Positions 1-12,348 of a stretch of 64,000 nucleotides of DNA are shown here, one piece after another. Every line of letters begins with the position of its first letter. Within the stretch, counting starts at the first letter, position 1. The notes below the pieces were generated by a model that worked only from the letters and a program-made list of their open reading frames with translations, was not told the origin of the DNA and ran no database searches. Source of the DNA: Octopus vulgaris (lineage: Eukaryota); the NCBI GenBank assembly GCA_951406725.2, contig OX597831.1, forward strand, positions 7,998,001 through 8,062,000, written 5' to 3'. A program made the position numbers and the translations under genes.

Positions 1-221
1 ACAAGTAGTACGTGGGTTTCTCCCTGCTTTTTTAAATAAATAGAGCAAACAGCATTATTAGGATGTGTTGCCAGTTGGAAACGGAGTAACGGGGCTGCAG
101 GCACATTTAAGGCTCCTTTAAATGATTATTAAAGTTTCTAAAAATTCTGGTTACTATTTACTTTACACTGGAGTGTATATAAGAACATTAAATTCAATAT
201 AAAGTTACGATCTATGTTTTG

Positions 222-235
222 GTTGCTATGGTAAC
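222..235. promoter_or_regulatory. RFX X-box motif, putative promoter element
   Basis: GTTGCTATGGTAAC, a near-palindromic match to the X-box GTTGCCATGGCAAC, in repeat-free CpG-retaining sequence. Confidence 0.55.
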
Positions 236-2283
236 GTGTAAACAGAACGGAGAATCGATGTAGTAAATTTCTCCCGCTCTCTCCTGCTCCGTTCACTCAT
301 TTTTCTTTTCCACCTACCCATCCACCCACCCCCTCTCTTTCTCTCTAACTACGTATTTATTCTTTCTCTTTTACTGCTCCGATTCTCTTTGTCGGTTGAA
401 TCGTTGATGAATGGCAATATCCAGTCACTATCATTTCTAACCCATTTGTTGCTTGTCTGGTTTGCTAATAGATATATAGGTATAAAAACCTGTCATAATA
501 TTTATTCGTATAAAATTTATTCGTTAAACAACGAACTTGTTACAAAATATATATATATATATACATAAACGGTTAAATAGCTTTCTTTACTAGACCAGTT
601 GTTTTTCTTTTTTCTTTCCATTTTTTTTTCTATCAAATAAATGTTTTGCTTTGGAGGACGTACAATAATTATTTTAAGGTTCAAAGCATGCAAAGTCAGC
701 AATTATAGTTTCGACTTCCGTCTGAATCACTTCGTCCTTGGTGTTGTCCATAATGTTTCTTCACTTAAAAAAAAAAATTATTTTGAGATTGCCAATTGAC
801 TCTTCTGGGGACAAGTTAGCAAAGTTATTCGGACGTTGAGAGGAATTCCTGGAGGCATTAGTTACGATTCTCCTGAGTTCAAATACTCTCTTACAGTTGC
901 AGAGCAGAAGGTACTGCCAAGTTACAGCCATGCTATCAATTCATTCGTATGCATGTTGACGCTTTTAATGGCATGGCTGTGGATTAACAAGTTGGTACAT
1001 TTGGGTCAAACCCTCGCCAGTAGTTCGGGTTCAATCCTGTTGTGTGATACATTGGGTTAATATTTTTTTCTCATAGCATGGGATTGACCAGGGTCTTGTA
1101 AGTGAAATTTAGTCGATGGATATTTGGGAAAACCCGTTGAAGTGACGTTTACCATTTGGAGATGCCTGGCTGAACCCCTGTCCAAATTTAACAGCATCTA
1201 CAACCTATCGGCTGCCTTCAGTACAAGCCACTATTTAAGCATTTGGATCAGGTCTCCTGAGAATACCTCATTCCCTTCTATCAGTCTCGGAGGACCCCTA
1301 AAAGGCTCATAAGCGGCGTTACTCTCCCTCTTTTGTCTATCGATTGATGGAAATTACTAGTGTGACTATCGAGTATTCTGTGTCGCTGACATGTTTCGTT
1401 GGATTGCAACCAAGAACTGGAATTATACCGGATTATAAATTCAAAAGGGATCACTGCCATTCAATTGGTTGGGTTTCGTCTAACAAAGAGAGAACGACAT
1501 TTTAGATTGATAAATCAGGAGTCTGCAAGCAACTGAAAACTGCTGGAAACATTGTTTCCTTGGTTGAATCAAATGGTTTGCCTCCATTTTAAATGTTGTA
1601 TCGTCGAGACTGCATGGTTGTGAAGTTTACTTTGTTTCGAGGTTTCAATCCTAGAATATATCACTTTGGCCAAGTGCTTTGTTTGTGAAATTTGGTGTGT
1701 GTTGGCAAGAGATGGCAGAATCAGAGCGATGAGTAAAATATATCTTGTGGTATTGACTGCGCCATTCTATTTTATAAGATAGATAAACACCTAACATAAT
1801 ACGTAAAGGCAATGCTCCATCTTGGCCGCAATCCGATGCCAGAAACTAGTAACAGAATAAAAGAATAAAAATAATATTGCTCGTTTCATGGTGAACTACA
1901 GAAGATGCTTTAAATTGAATCGGAATTGTTTTTCTCGCCTGTCTAAGCTGTTTCATTTCATTTCAAAAGGTTTTATTATTTTGTAATAATATAATATTTG
2001 TGTTTTAAATTAAAACTGAAGACAAGTTATGAAAATAAATTATATGGTTAAGTGATAATGCAATATTGGAAGAACGTATTACAAAACTTTCGAATAATGG
2101 TTAAAACAAGAGAACTAATAATGAAAGACGAGTAGAATTGATTTGCTGAAAGCTGGATTATTTGGTCTGGCTACGTGCCGCTCCCAAATAAGACCAATTA
2201 CAACATTTGGATTTCAGTAACATGTTTATTTACAAGTCGATGATACAGTTTTTACTTTACGAAAAGGTGTTACGTTGAATACC

Positions 2284-2512
2284 TATTTCTTTATTACCCA
2301 CAAGGGGCTAAACACAGAGTGGACAAACAAGGACAGACAAACGGATTAAGTTGATTACATCGACCTCAGTGCGTAACTGGTACTTAATTTATCGACCCCG
2401 AAAGGATGAAAAGTAAAGTCGACCTCGGCGGAATTTGAACTCAGAACGTAACGGCAGTCGAAATACGGCTACGCATTTCGCCCGGCGTGCTAACGTTTCT
2501 GCCAGCTCGCCG
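2284..2512 (-). mobile_element. tRNA-derived SINE, young full-length copy
   Basis: Minus strand begins GGCGAGCTGGCAGAAACGTTAGC (A box-like) and contains GAGTTCAAATTCC (B box-like); near-identical to 4048-4245; CpGs intact. Confidence 0.85.
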
Positions 2513-2577
2513 TCTTTTACAGTTCACAGATAATACCATTAGGCTGACGCTCAATGAAAGAGAAATGTTTTATAGCA

Positions 2578-2607
2578 TAACGTTTCGGGCAAAGTCTTTC
2601 ATCAGTG
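2578..2607 (-). ncRNA. degenerate minimal hammerhead ribozyme motif
   Basis: Minus strand CTGATGA-A-AGAC-TTT-GCCC-GAAA-CGTTA; canonical core boxes, stems I and II damaged. Confidence 0.5.
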
Positions 2608-2954
2608 AGTAGAAGAAAATCCAGGAAGAGTTACGTTGAATACCAGTAGCTAGTGTGTGAGATGGAAAAGTGTTGTCTTCGTGTTTGGCGACACGGGGTC
2701 AGGGAGGCATAGCTGCCGGCTGAGCAAGATAACCTCTACAAATACTCTCGCTCCTCTATCATCCTCTGGATTGCTTTTCCCGCATGTCTCTGTTAATGAC
2801 TATGATTTAATGCGAAATTGCATGGAATTTTCCATTAATCTCAATACGACACAAATGCCCGAGAACAACGATTGGCTGAAATATGGGCTAAGTTCATCTA
2901 ATTAGGACTGTCGCCGCCAAATAAGGAAGCTGATATGTTGTGGTCTGTTCTCGT

Positions 2955-3101
2955 CACTAGCGTAGCTGAGGGGCGGGGGTAGTGGTGGTCCTCCCCGGGC
3001 GGCACTTTTGGGTCTGCTGTAGGCAATGTGTCTTTTTTGTGGGGTCCGGGAACGGTAAATGGAAGGGCCGCCCCGGGCGGCACACACTAGCTACGCTAGT
3101 G
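2955..3101. mobile_element. hAT-type MITE
   Basis: Perfect 13-bp TIR CACTAGCGTAGCT/AGCTACGCTAGTG and 8-bp TSD GTTCTCGT at 2947-2954 and 3102-3109. Confidence 0.9.
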
Positions 3102-3267
3102 GTTCTCGTTACTTAACTGGCAAGATTTCGAATACCAAGTACATCTACCAAAGGAAAGTCATCTGTTAAACCAAAACTAAAAGACAACGAGGAACCGTTT
3201 GACCGTTTGATTTGCTATAATTAGCAACCAAATCTCTTTCATATCATGAACTACCAACAGCCTACGC

Positions 3268-3427
3268 CAGTAGCGGAGTAGGGTGGTGGTGACAACGCTT
3301 TATGGGGGCAACACTTTGATTTTACTGTATAAACCTGTGCAACCTTAGTGTACCCTAGTCGGGATGGAGGGAGCGGTGGAAAACCCAAGGGTTGCCTCGG
3401 GTGGCACACACGCTGTGTACGTCACTG
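3268..3427. mobile_element. older relative of the 2955-3101 MITE
   Basis: CAGTAGCG...CGTCACTG ends; shares the GCC.CGGG.GGCACACAC subterminal motif. Confidence 0.55.
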
Positions 3428-4047
3428 TAACCATCTACCCTTTCTCTTCTTCTTTGGGTTCTAAACTCCTTATGAAGTCGCAAGGGTGACGTCGTGATAG
3501 ACGGCATGTCTTGGGTATCTAAAATTAAGTGGAATCCAAAAGGAGGATCAAAAAGAATCGATTCTTGGGTGGACTGGGCACTTTATTTGTTGGTCCTGAA
3601 AGAATGAAAGGCAAAGTTGATTTCGGCCGGATTTGAACTCAGCATAAACAACTAGATTGAATTACCGACGTTGTAACAACTCGACCAACAACATTTAGAA
3701 TAATGTAAAGCGAGAAGTACTTCCGAAACAATGAATAAATAAAGGATGTGATGATCACGTCTGGAATGTCTTTCATCATGTGTTCTCAATGAAGGTTGAC
3801 TAGGGTTAAACAGCAACAACAAGAACAACTATGCGAGTCAAGTGATAATGAGAGAACCTCTGTGCAGTCGTTCAACCTTCTAGAAATAACAGCCGAATCT
3901 CTTTCACTCAAATGCTCATCTGATGATGGATTGTGTCGGTCTTCACGATGAGCATTCAATGGTTCGAATACTTGAATTTCTACTCATGAAATTGACGTGT
4001 ATGTGGCTGAGTATCCGTGACACACTTATACTCAGGCCGAATTAATA

Positions 4048-4245
4048 TCTATTTCTTTACTACCCACAAGGGGCTAAACACAGAGGGGACAAACAAGGAC
4101 AGACAAACGGATTAAGTGGATTACATCGACCCCAGTGCGTAACTGGTACTTAATTTATCGACCCCGAAAGGATGAAAGGCAAAGTCGACCTAGGCGGAAT
4201 TTGAACTCAGAACGTAACGGCTAACGTTTCTGCCAGCTCGCCGCC
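4048..4245 (-). mobile_element. tRNA-derived SINE (same family as 2284-2512, ~40-bp internal deletion)
   Basis: Near identity to 2284-2512; flanking direct repeat GCCGAATTAATA. Confidence 0.85.
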
Positions 4246-4273
4246 GAATTAATACCACTAATACAAACCAGAT

Positions 4274-4524
4274 CAGTGGTTCTTAACTAGGGTCCAAATG
4301 ACCCTTGGGGGTTCACGTAAGATTTTGTTGCTAAAATTTATCTGCAACAAATTGATTATATTTCTACAAAATATTTCAACGTTTTTTTTAATGCAATTCC
4401 TTATAATATAAACGTATAAAAATGTAATGAGATTTTTAAAAACTTCGAATGGCTATGAGGGTCCAGCCAAGTAAAATAGGTATCGATGGGGTCTAGAGGT
4501 AAAAGAAAGAGTTGAGGACCATCG
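4274..4524. mobile_element. degenerate hAT-like MITE
   Basis: CAGTGGTTCTTAACT ... AGTTGAGGACCATCG imperfect TIRs. Confidence 0.55.
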
Positions 4525-7064
4525 GAAAAGACCTTTGAATGATTTTAAGTATAATCCAAAGAAAGAGAGAAGAATCGACAAACTATCAACGGTGTAGCTG
4601 GAAGTATGTGAAGGGAAACTTGCGTTTGCTGACCCTGGAACCCCTATGCAAGTTATACAGCTGACCCTAAAGTACGGCCCTCGTAAAAGCGTCCCCCGGG
4701 GCGGATTACTATTTTCTTTAGCAACCTAAACGGACGAAATTTAAAGCTGATCTCATTTTATCCAACTCACTTAAGACTTCTTTGCCTATTTGCTGCTTTG
4801 AATGATCCCCACCGTCTTTAAAAAAAATAACACTTTAGATATTGTAGGCCAGCATAAAAGCGGAGGTGGGCACGACTGGAATGCTTTTGATCAAGCACAG
4901 TGCTGTACCAGTCAAGTATTTGAGTAGGTGTAACATCTCTCTATATTCTTTCCTCAAATGTGCGGCGTTGTGACTACGTCGCAAAATATTGTTTAGTCCA
5001 TGGTTAATCCTGCTCGATACGGCCATAACAGCACTCTTAGACCTTCGGCAAGAGCAATGATCTCGTGGCACTTAACAAACACAACCATATCCTAGGTTAG
5101 GACAAGGGCTCATTGGGTCGTTGTCTGGGGACTGCAGTGGTCTATGGTTCCATTCTTAATCTATGTATGTTATGATTGTGTGTAGTCGCCTTCCTGAACG
5201 TTACGTAACTCGGGTGTCTATAATGTTATGTCAGCATCAACAGGAATCAAGCCATGGGTTAAATAACATTTTTTCTTTTCTTTTTTATGCACATTTGGAA
5301 AGAAGGATACAGAAAGATGTTGGACCTACCAAAGTAGATGAAAGAATTTGATTAATATTTTATTTTATTGCCTCGGAATGACGAATAATAAAGTTGATCA
5401 AGAGCAAGTTTTGAACTAAGAACGTTCAGAAATGCAATCAGATGCCACGAATTATTTTATCCCCCGTTCTTCCGACATCATCATGCAAAAGGCATCAGGA
5501 ATCATGCGGTATTAATTCCAACAAGAGGCGAATTCGCTTCTTTTTCGTCTCTAAACCTTTTAAGAAAAAAGCTCGAATGTCACAAAATCCCTTTTCCTTT
5601 TCCTTAATACGTAAAGAACATTCGAAAGCCCAAACAAAGTTCTCTAAACAAAGCAAAACCCTGAGGACTCCGAAAAACGCGCACCTGGCAGATGCGGAAA
5701 TCAAGGGAGACTACTCCATGATGCTTTCGTGTTTAGAACATTTTAAGTGAGGTTAAGAAAACAAAATTGTTTAACCCTATGTCAGCCTTCATTGAATGGA
5801 GTTATTAACAAAGACATGCCAACCGTGGCCATCTTGTCTTATTAAAATTTTGTATCCGGGACCATAATATGTAATGTGTCCTCTTTCCCATTTTAAGACG
5901 GCTGGGTGTGAAATTCGATGTAGATTCGACTGCTATTTCTAGCAGGTCGAGTGACCACGTGAAGTGCCTCCCTCCACCCCTTCGTTGACTCTTTACAACA
6001 AAGTAAATAAACAAATTTTTTAAAATTGTAAAAATTGAAGACATATTGTCAAACTAATTAGTATTTACGTCTTAATAATTTATAAATAAACTCAGACAGA
6101 TCATTAATATTTCTGATCGAACCCAGAAAATAAATCACCAATAATTTATGCACTGATGATGATGATGATGACGATAGTGGTGGTGATGGCGGCGGCGGCG
6201 GCGGCGGTGGCGGCGGTGGTGGTGGTGGTTGGTGATGACGATGATGATTATGATTATGATTTACTCTGTGGGTTTTAAGGATTTTTAGTTTCAAAAAAGA
6301 CACCTCCGTGAGAGCAATAACTTTAATATTGGTTTTGTACGGATTTCTACAAACAGAATCAAATTAAGGTGACGTGATTAGCATAAGCCCCATCATCATC
6401 ATCATCATCATCATCAACACTGTTGTTACCACAACCACCACCACCACCATCATCATCATCATTGTCATCATTAATATTATCAACATTATCATCATCATCA
6501 CCGTTGTTATCTCCACCACCACCACCATCATCGTCATCATGTTGTCATCCTTGCCATTGTCACCATTGACTTCAATGTAAGCTCATCACCATTATCTTAA
6601 TGATATCGATTATTGGGATGGGGATCGGCAGCTGCACCAACACTACCACCACCACCACCACCACCGTCGCCGCCATCATCACCAATAATACCATAATCGA
6701 ATGTCTTTCTTGAAAAAAAATGATCCTTCTGTTCTTTTTTTTTCTTTTTTTTTTTTGGAGAATTTGTAATTATTGATCTTTGAAAAAAATCAGCTAACAC
6801 CTGTTTTACATACAAATCTAATCTGAAAGACAGGTAAAAAGGGGGTGGGGTGGGGGTTGAATTGGTGGTTTCCAACCAGAAGCTGTTTGGTCAGTTTTGT
6901 CTTTTATCTTTTTTGGGAGTTGATAAAATAAAGAATCGGTTGAGCACTTGGGTCAGTTTATCTGTACAAGGGGTTAGCATGATAGGGCAGAGTCTGGAAC
7001 CTCCCCCAAACAATGGGACGGACACACACACATCTACACATCCATGCATTTTATCATTCACACA

Positions 7065-7326
7065 TTCTCTCTCCCTCCCCTTTCTCCCCCTCTCTCTCTG
7101 CCTTCCTCCCTCTCTCTTTCCCCTCTCCCTCTCTCTTCCCTCTCTCTCTTCCTCTCTCTCCTCTTGCTTCCCTCCTTCTCTCTTTCCTCCTCTTCTCCTC
7201 TCTCTTCCCCTCTCCCCTCTCCCCTCTCCCCCATATCTTCCCCCTCTCCCCTCTCTCTTTCCCCCTCTCCCTCCCTACCCCCTCTCTTTCCCTCCCTCTT
7301 CCCCTCTCTCGTCCTCCCTCCCTCTC
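7065..7326. repeat. polypyrimidine (CT-rich) low-complexity tract
   Basis: Almost exclusively C and T over ~260 bp. Confidence 0.9.
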
Positions 7327-8366
7327 ATGCAAATACTATCGATCAATCACCAAGGAATTATCTTCTCTTTCATCTTTCACTTGCTTCCAGCATTGGACAA
7401 TGGCCTTGAAGGATTTTAGTCAAAACAAAAAAAAACGACCCTACAACTTATTTGTTGTCAAGCTTGGTATTTACTCCATTGATCTCTTTTTGTTGAATAT
7501 AAACCCTTTAACACTGGTTGTTAAACGATGGAGGGTTGGACCGGCACACACAATCAAAGGCATATACGTATATACATATACAACAGGCTTCCTTCAGTTT
7601 CCACCAAATCCATCCACAAGGCTTTGGTCAGCCTGTGGCTATAGTAGAAGACACTTGTCCAAGGTGTCACACAGTAGGATTAAACCCAGAACCATGTTTT
7701 GAGTTCAAATCATGTCTATCTTAACATTGCCATTCCTCCTGGGCGTTGTGTGGATTTGGTAGAAGGAAACTGTAAGGAAGCTCGTCATATGTGTGTGTGT
7801 GTGTGTCTTTGAGTTTGTCTTTGTTTCCCACCTTGACAACTGGTGTTGGTTTGCTTCCATCCTTATAACTTTGTGGTTCAGCAAATTAGCACCAGATTTA
7901 AGGATGTAAATACTGGGGTTTGATTCATCCAGCTAAAATCTTCAACGTGGTGCCCCAGCATGGCCACAGTTCACTGACTGAAACAAGTAAAAAAGAAACG
8001 TACTTTTGGAATCGTTTTTCTCTCTCATTTCTAAAAGAAAGAATAAGAACAGAAATGAGTTTTGATTCCAGCAAGAAATGTTTTGCTCTTTGAAATGTGT
8101 TCACTGAATTCCAGTGTGAGACATCAACACTGTCCATACCTTTGCTTTGGCAAAGATGCAAAGTCTATGGACATCTCCTTTAAAAGAATATGTCTTTAGG
8201 CAAAATTGCAACCACCCACGTATCATTAGGAGGCATACACAACATACATACATACACTCATGCATACATACCTACGTACACAACATATATATATATGTAC
8301 ATACATACATACACACACACATGCATACATACGTACATACATATATACATACATACACAGCATACA

Positions 8367-8399
<33 letters not shown>

Positions 8400-8590
8400 T
8401 TATACATACATACATACATACATACATGCAAACAAGAAAATAGATCACAAAACAAGAGTATATATATTTTTTATTAATATTTTAACGGAAGTGACAACTG
8501 ACACAAGGGCCAAGAGTATCTTGTATTATGTATATGTATGGAGACATACATACATGTGCATACACATACATCTACGCACATACACACACA

Positions 8591-8638
<48 letters not shown>

Positions 8639-8687
8639 TACATACATGTGCATATACATACACCTACACACATCCAAAAAAAAAAAA

Positions 8688-8917
8688 TTCGAGCGAGGTC
8701 ATTGCCAGTACCACCTGACTGGCCCCCGTGCCAGTGGAACGTAAAAGCACCCACTACACTCTTGGAGTCGTTGGCGTTAGGAAGGGCATCCAGCTGTAGA
8801 AACTCTGCCAGATCAAGACTGGAGCCTGGTGCAGCCATCTGGTTCGCCAGCCCACAGTCAAACTGTCCAGCCCATGCTAGCATGGAAAGCGAACGTTAAA
8901 CAATGATGATGGTGATG
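8688..8917 (+). mobile_element. 5'-truncated 3' end of the abundant RTE LINE family. Further copies at about 13230-13475, 20500-20785, 23300-23490, 34805-34990, 36325-36645, 38970-39180, 40872-41063 and 63112-63300
   Basis: Shared AAAAGCACCCACTACACTC...GGAAGGGCATCCAGCTGTAGAAAC...CCCATGCTAGCATGG core and (GAT)n tail; the same sequence forms the 3' UTR of the RT-bearing copies. Confidence 0.8.
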
Positions 8918-10687
8918 ATATATACATGTGCATACACCTACACACATACACACACACATATACATTCACGTTTATGTCAGATTAGTTCATTCAAAGTCAC
9001 AAATTTTACAAAAAGAGTTTATAAAAAGTATGAATAAATGGTGAGGTGACGAAGTCATTGAAATGTCAGATGGAGTGTCTTGTAGTATTTGTTCTGATTG
9101 TCTGTTCTCTGAGTTCAAATTCTGATGAGGTCAGTTTTACCTTTCATATTTTCAAGGTTCATAAGTAAAGTACTCCTTCTGTACTTCATTTATGGAAGAA
9201 TTCTCTCTCTCTCGCTCTGTCTCTCCTTTTCCCTCCTTCTCTCTTTGTCTTGAGGAAATTGGTTGTGTTCAAAACCTGGAGAGGGATGAGCTCCAACAGA
9301 TTTAAAATGCTCAAGATATTCTGTAATTGAAAATAATGAACTGGTCAGGAGGAGGGTAGACCCTTCTGCAATAAATGGCATCATCCTGAGTTTATTGTTG
9401 TAGATATTTTGGTCCACTTAGGAGAGATGATGGCAACATGGACTGGATTTTCATTGTTGTTGAAGTCAATCCTGAAATAAATCTAGTTTGCATCTCTTGA
9501 CTTCAATTGATTTGCTATGCAGAAGGTAAGATGGTCTAACTTGGTCTTTGTGACCCCATCCATTATGAACTGAATGAAAAGTTAGATGCAGCAATGAAGT
9601 AGACTTCCATCTGATTCGATCTTTATTCAAGAGACTGAGAAATTATTTACCAATGCTGGCTTCTCATCAAATCTTTGGCTGCTAAAATTGTGCACATTTT
9701 GTCATTTCCAAAATGTGTGGAAAGATATTGCAATGACTGTATGTCTGAAATTCTGATGAGGAATCGGTCCCGCTTACATAGAGTTATGTCTCTTCTATGG
9801 AACTCCTGCCCAACGGTTGGAATCTCAACCTCGTTGCCAACAAAATATATCTGCAGAAATTTGTAATCAAAGTGGAAGGAACGATTCTTTGTGATGTAAA
9901 GTTATCTCTGTATTTTCAATGTAGGATTCCATCTTCTGTTATCAGTCTTAATAAGTCCAAAAGAAATCCTTTGGAAGCAAAAGTTGTATTCAGTTGTCTT
10001 AGAAAGGAAGCTATTTCATTCAGTTCTATTTCCGTTCCACAATTATTTAAGTGGGGATGGCAGGCCTTGATATGGTTTGTAATTTTGTTTCCCTATTTGA
10101 ATAACACCTACTTGATGCTTCTCTTTTTCACTTTTTTTATATTCTCCGATCCACACATTCTGGAGACATTCCATTATTCAAGACAACAGGATCACATTCA
10201 TAATCTATCTTTTCACAACATCCAAATGCTATCCTTTCTTTAAGTTACAATAAATCCCAGCTTGATGCCTCATTGAAGACAGTTCCTTCTTTCTTCTTCG
10301 TGTTTATTTTGTTTTATCATTTTATTGTCCTTTATCGAAGCAACAAGATTTGCGTTCTTGCTATTCACATTCATATTCCATAGCTATTGCATTCCTTTTA
10401 CAATTCACTGCTAACCGTTCCAAATATCTTTTGTTTTGTTTTTCCCGTCTGTTGAGTTTAAATAAAGACTATTTGGACTTCTAGCACAAAGTTGTCCTAT
10501 TCACATTAAAAAATTTTAATTTACAAAAATCAATTTTTGTTCATCAAAAATACACATTACTCTCGGCAAAAACAATTTCCTATATTTACATACAGAAACA
10601 CATACACAAATGGGCAGTGAATACCAGTGTAAAATACGATTGGTTATTATTCTCTTTACAGTAACCACCACTTCAATGTACATGCTC

Positions 10688-10744
<57 letters not shown>

Positions 10745-11383
10745 CTGACTCTCTCTCTCTCTTTCTCTTTCTCTCTCTTTCTTTTTCTCTTTCCTTCATT
10801 AAAAAATATTTTTGCTTCATTCAATAATAAAAATACATTCTTCATTACCAATAAATTTAAATTTCTTTAAATTTTCAGAAAAATATCCTATGAACTGTGA
10901 CATTCTTCTTGAAAAATTGCACCACAAATATGCAAAATTTCAGCTCCCTCAGTGCCAAACTGTGGCCTACAACCTGGAAGGAGAATAAATACATTGGTTT
11001 TTATATATTAAGATAGAAAATCTGATTGGTGTTAGTAGCATTCCACAATAAAAAGGAAATCAATGTTACACACACACACACACACATGCACACTCGCATA
11101 AATGCAAATTAAAATGAGCTAAGGGAAATAACTCAATAGTGGCCAATGTCTTGTATCTGAACAACAGAGACAAATGTAGGTCTATCAAATACCATATAAC
11201 ATAAATTCTTGATTTCTTGGTTTGTTAAAATTATCTCCAGCTGAAGACGATAAATCTTAATTACTAGATGGCAATTAAGACCAGCTCCCCAGGAGGAGGG
11301 GAGGTCATCTCAAGATTTAAATATTCTCCAAAACTGACATGCCTTTAAGGAAAAGGATAAACTTACTGTCTGGAGAGGAGAGT

Positions 11384-11424
11384 TATGGACGCATGTTTCT
11401 GGCTCAATAGACTTCATCAGCACA
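11384..11424 (-). ncRNA. type I hammerhead ribozyme motif, slightly decayed
   Basis: Minus strand TGTG-CTGATGA-A-GTCT-ATTG-AGCC-A-GAAA-CATGCG-TC-CATA; stem I TGTG/CATA; GUC cleavage triplet. Confidence 0.7.
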
Positions 11425-11887
11425 GTTGTCCAACCTTATCTCCAGTAACCAGGCAACATATATGCATAGATACACACACAAACACATACAGAAACACAGG
11501 TACAGACAAATATATAAATGTGTGTGTGTGCGTGTATGTTAGTGTACATGTATGTGTTTGTTTGTATGTCTTTGTCATGATATTTGCATGTTGATTGTAA
11601 ACAAAATTATCATTTGTAGGAGAATTGTCATTTGTTTGGGCAACCTTCCACCGAAATATGTCCTAGCATCGAGCTGCTTGTGTTTGAAGAATTATGGGAA
11701 ATATACACCCTTGTATGGAAACAGATGAGGGTTGGCAACAGGAAAGGCATCCTGCCATAGAAAATTTGCTTCAGTAGGATAGAGGACAATAAGATGATGA
11801 TGATGACAATGATGGCGACGACGACGACGATGATGATAATTATGATGTTGATGATGACAATGACGACGATGACATTGATGATATACC

Positions 11888-11937
<50 letters not shown>

Positions 11938-12310
11938 CAGCTGTTGCCATTTGTAAAATGCATTGACTCTTCAAAATTGTGTAAGATATTCAAGACAATC
12001 TTATCCAATAAAGTCATCCATTTTGAAGACAGCAGAGTAAGATTTGAAGTAGATTTGGCTACCGACAATAGCAGATCAAGCAATCTATGTAGAGGCTTCT
12101 ATATTGTAGGCTTGCTTTGTAAGATATTGTGATGAGAGGTTGCAGATGAATAGAATGGTTTGATAGAATCAATATATTGTCTGTTGTTGTTGAAAGAGTT
12201 CATTAAATCACACAGAAAGAATGAATGGAGTGGCAGAATTTATTCGCTTATAAAACTACAAAACATCACAAATACAATATAATATATTACAATTAATAAT
12301 TACACACACA

Positions 12311-12348
<38 letters not shown>

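Noticed and set aside
836-910. First coding exon ending AAG|gtactg
   Set aside because: No ATG, with in-frame stops just upstream; at most a non-coding exon
4839-4925. Exon-like DIVGQHKSGGGHDWNAFDQ
   Set aside because: Matches a repeat tail also seen near 3745-3780
6597-6825. Minus-strand terminal exon candidate (LDLYVKQVLADFFQRS...)
   Set aside because: Good acceptor, but the frame runs through A-homopolymer and (GGT)n tracts and has no partner exon
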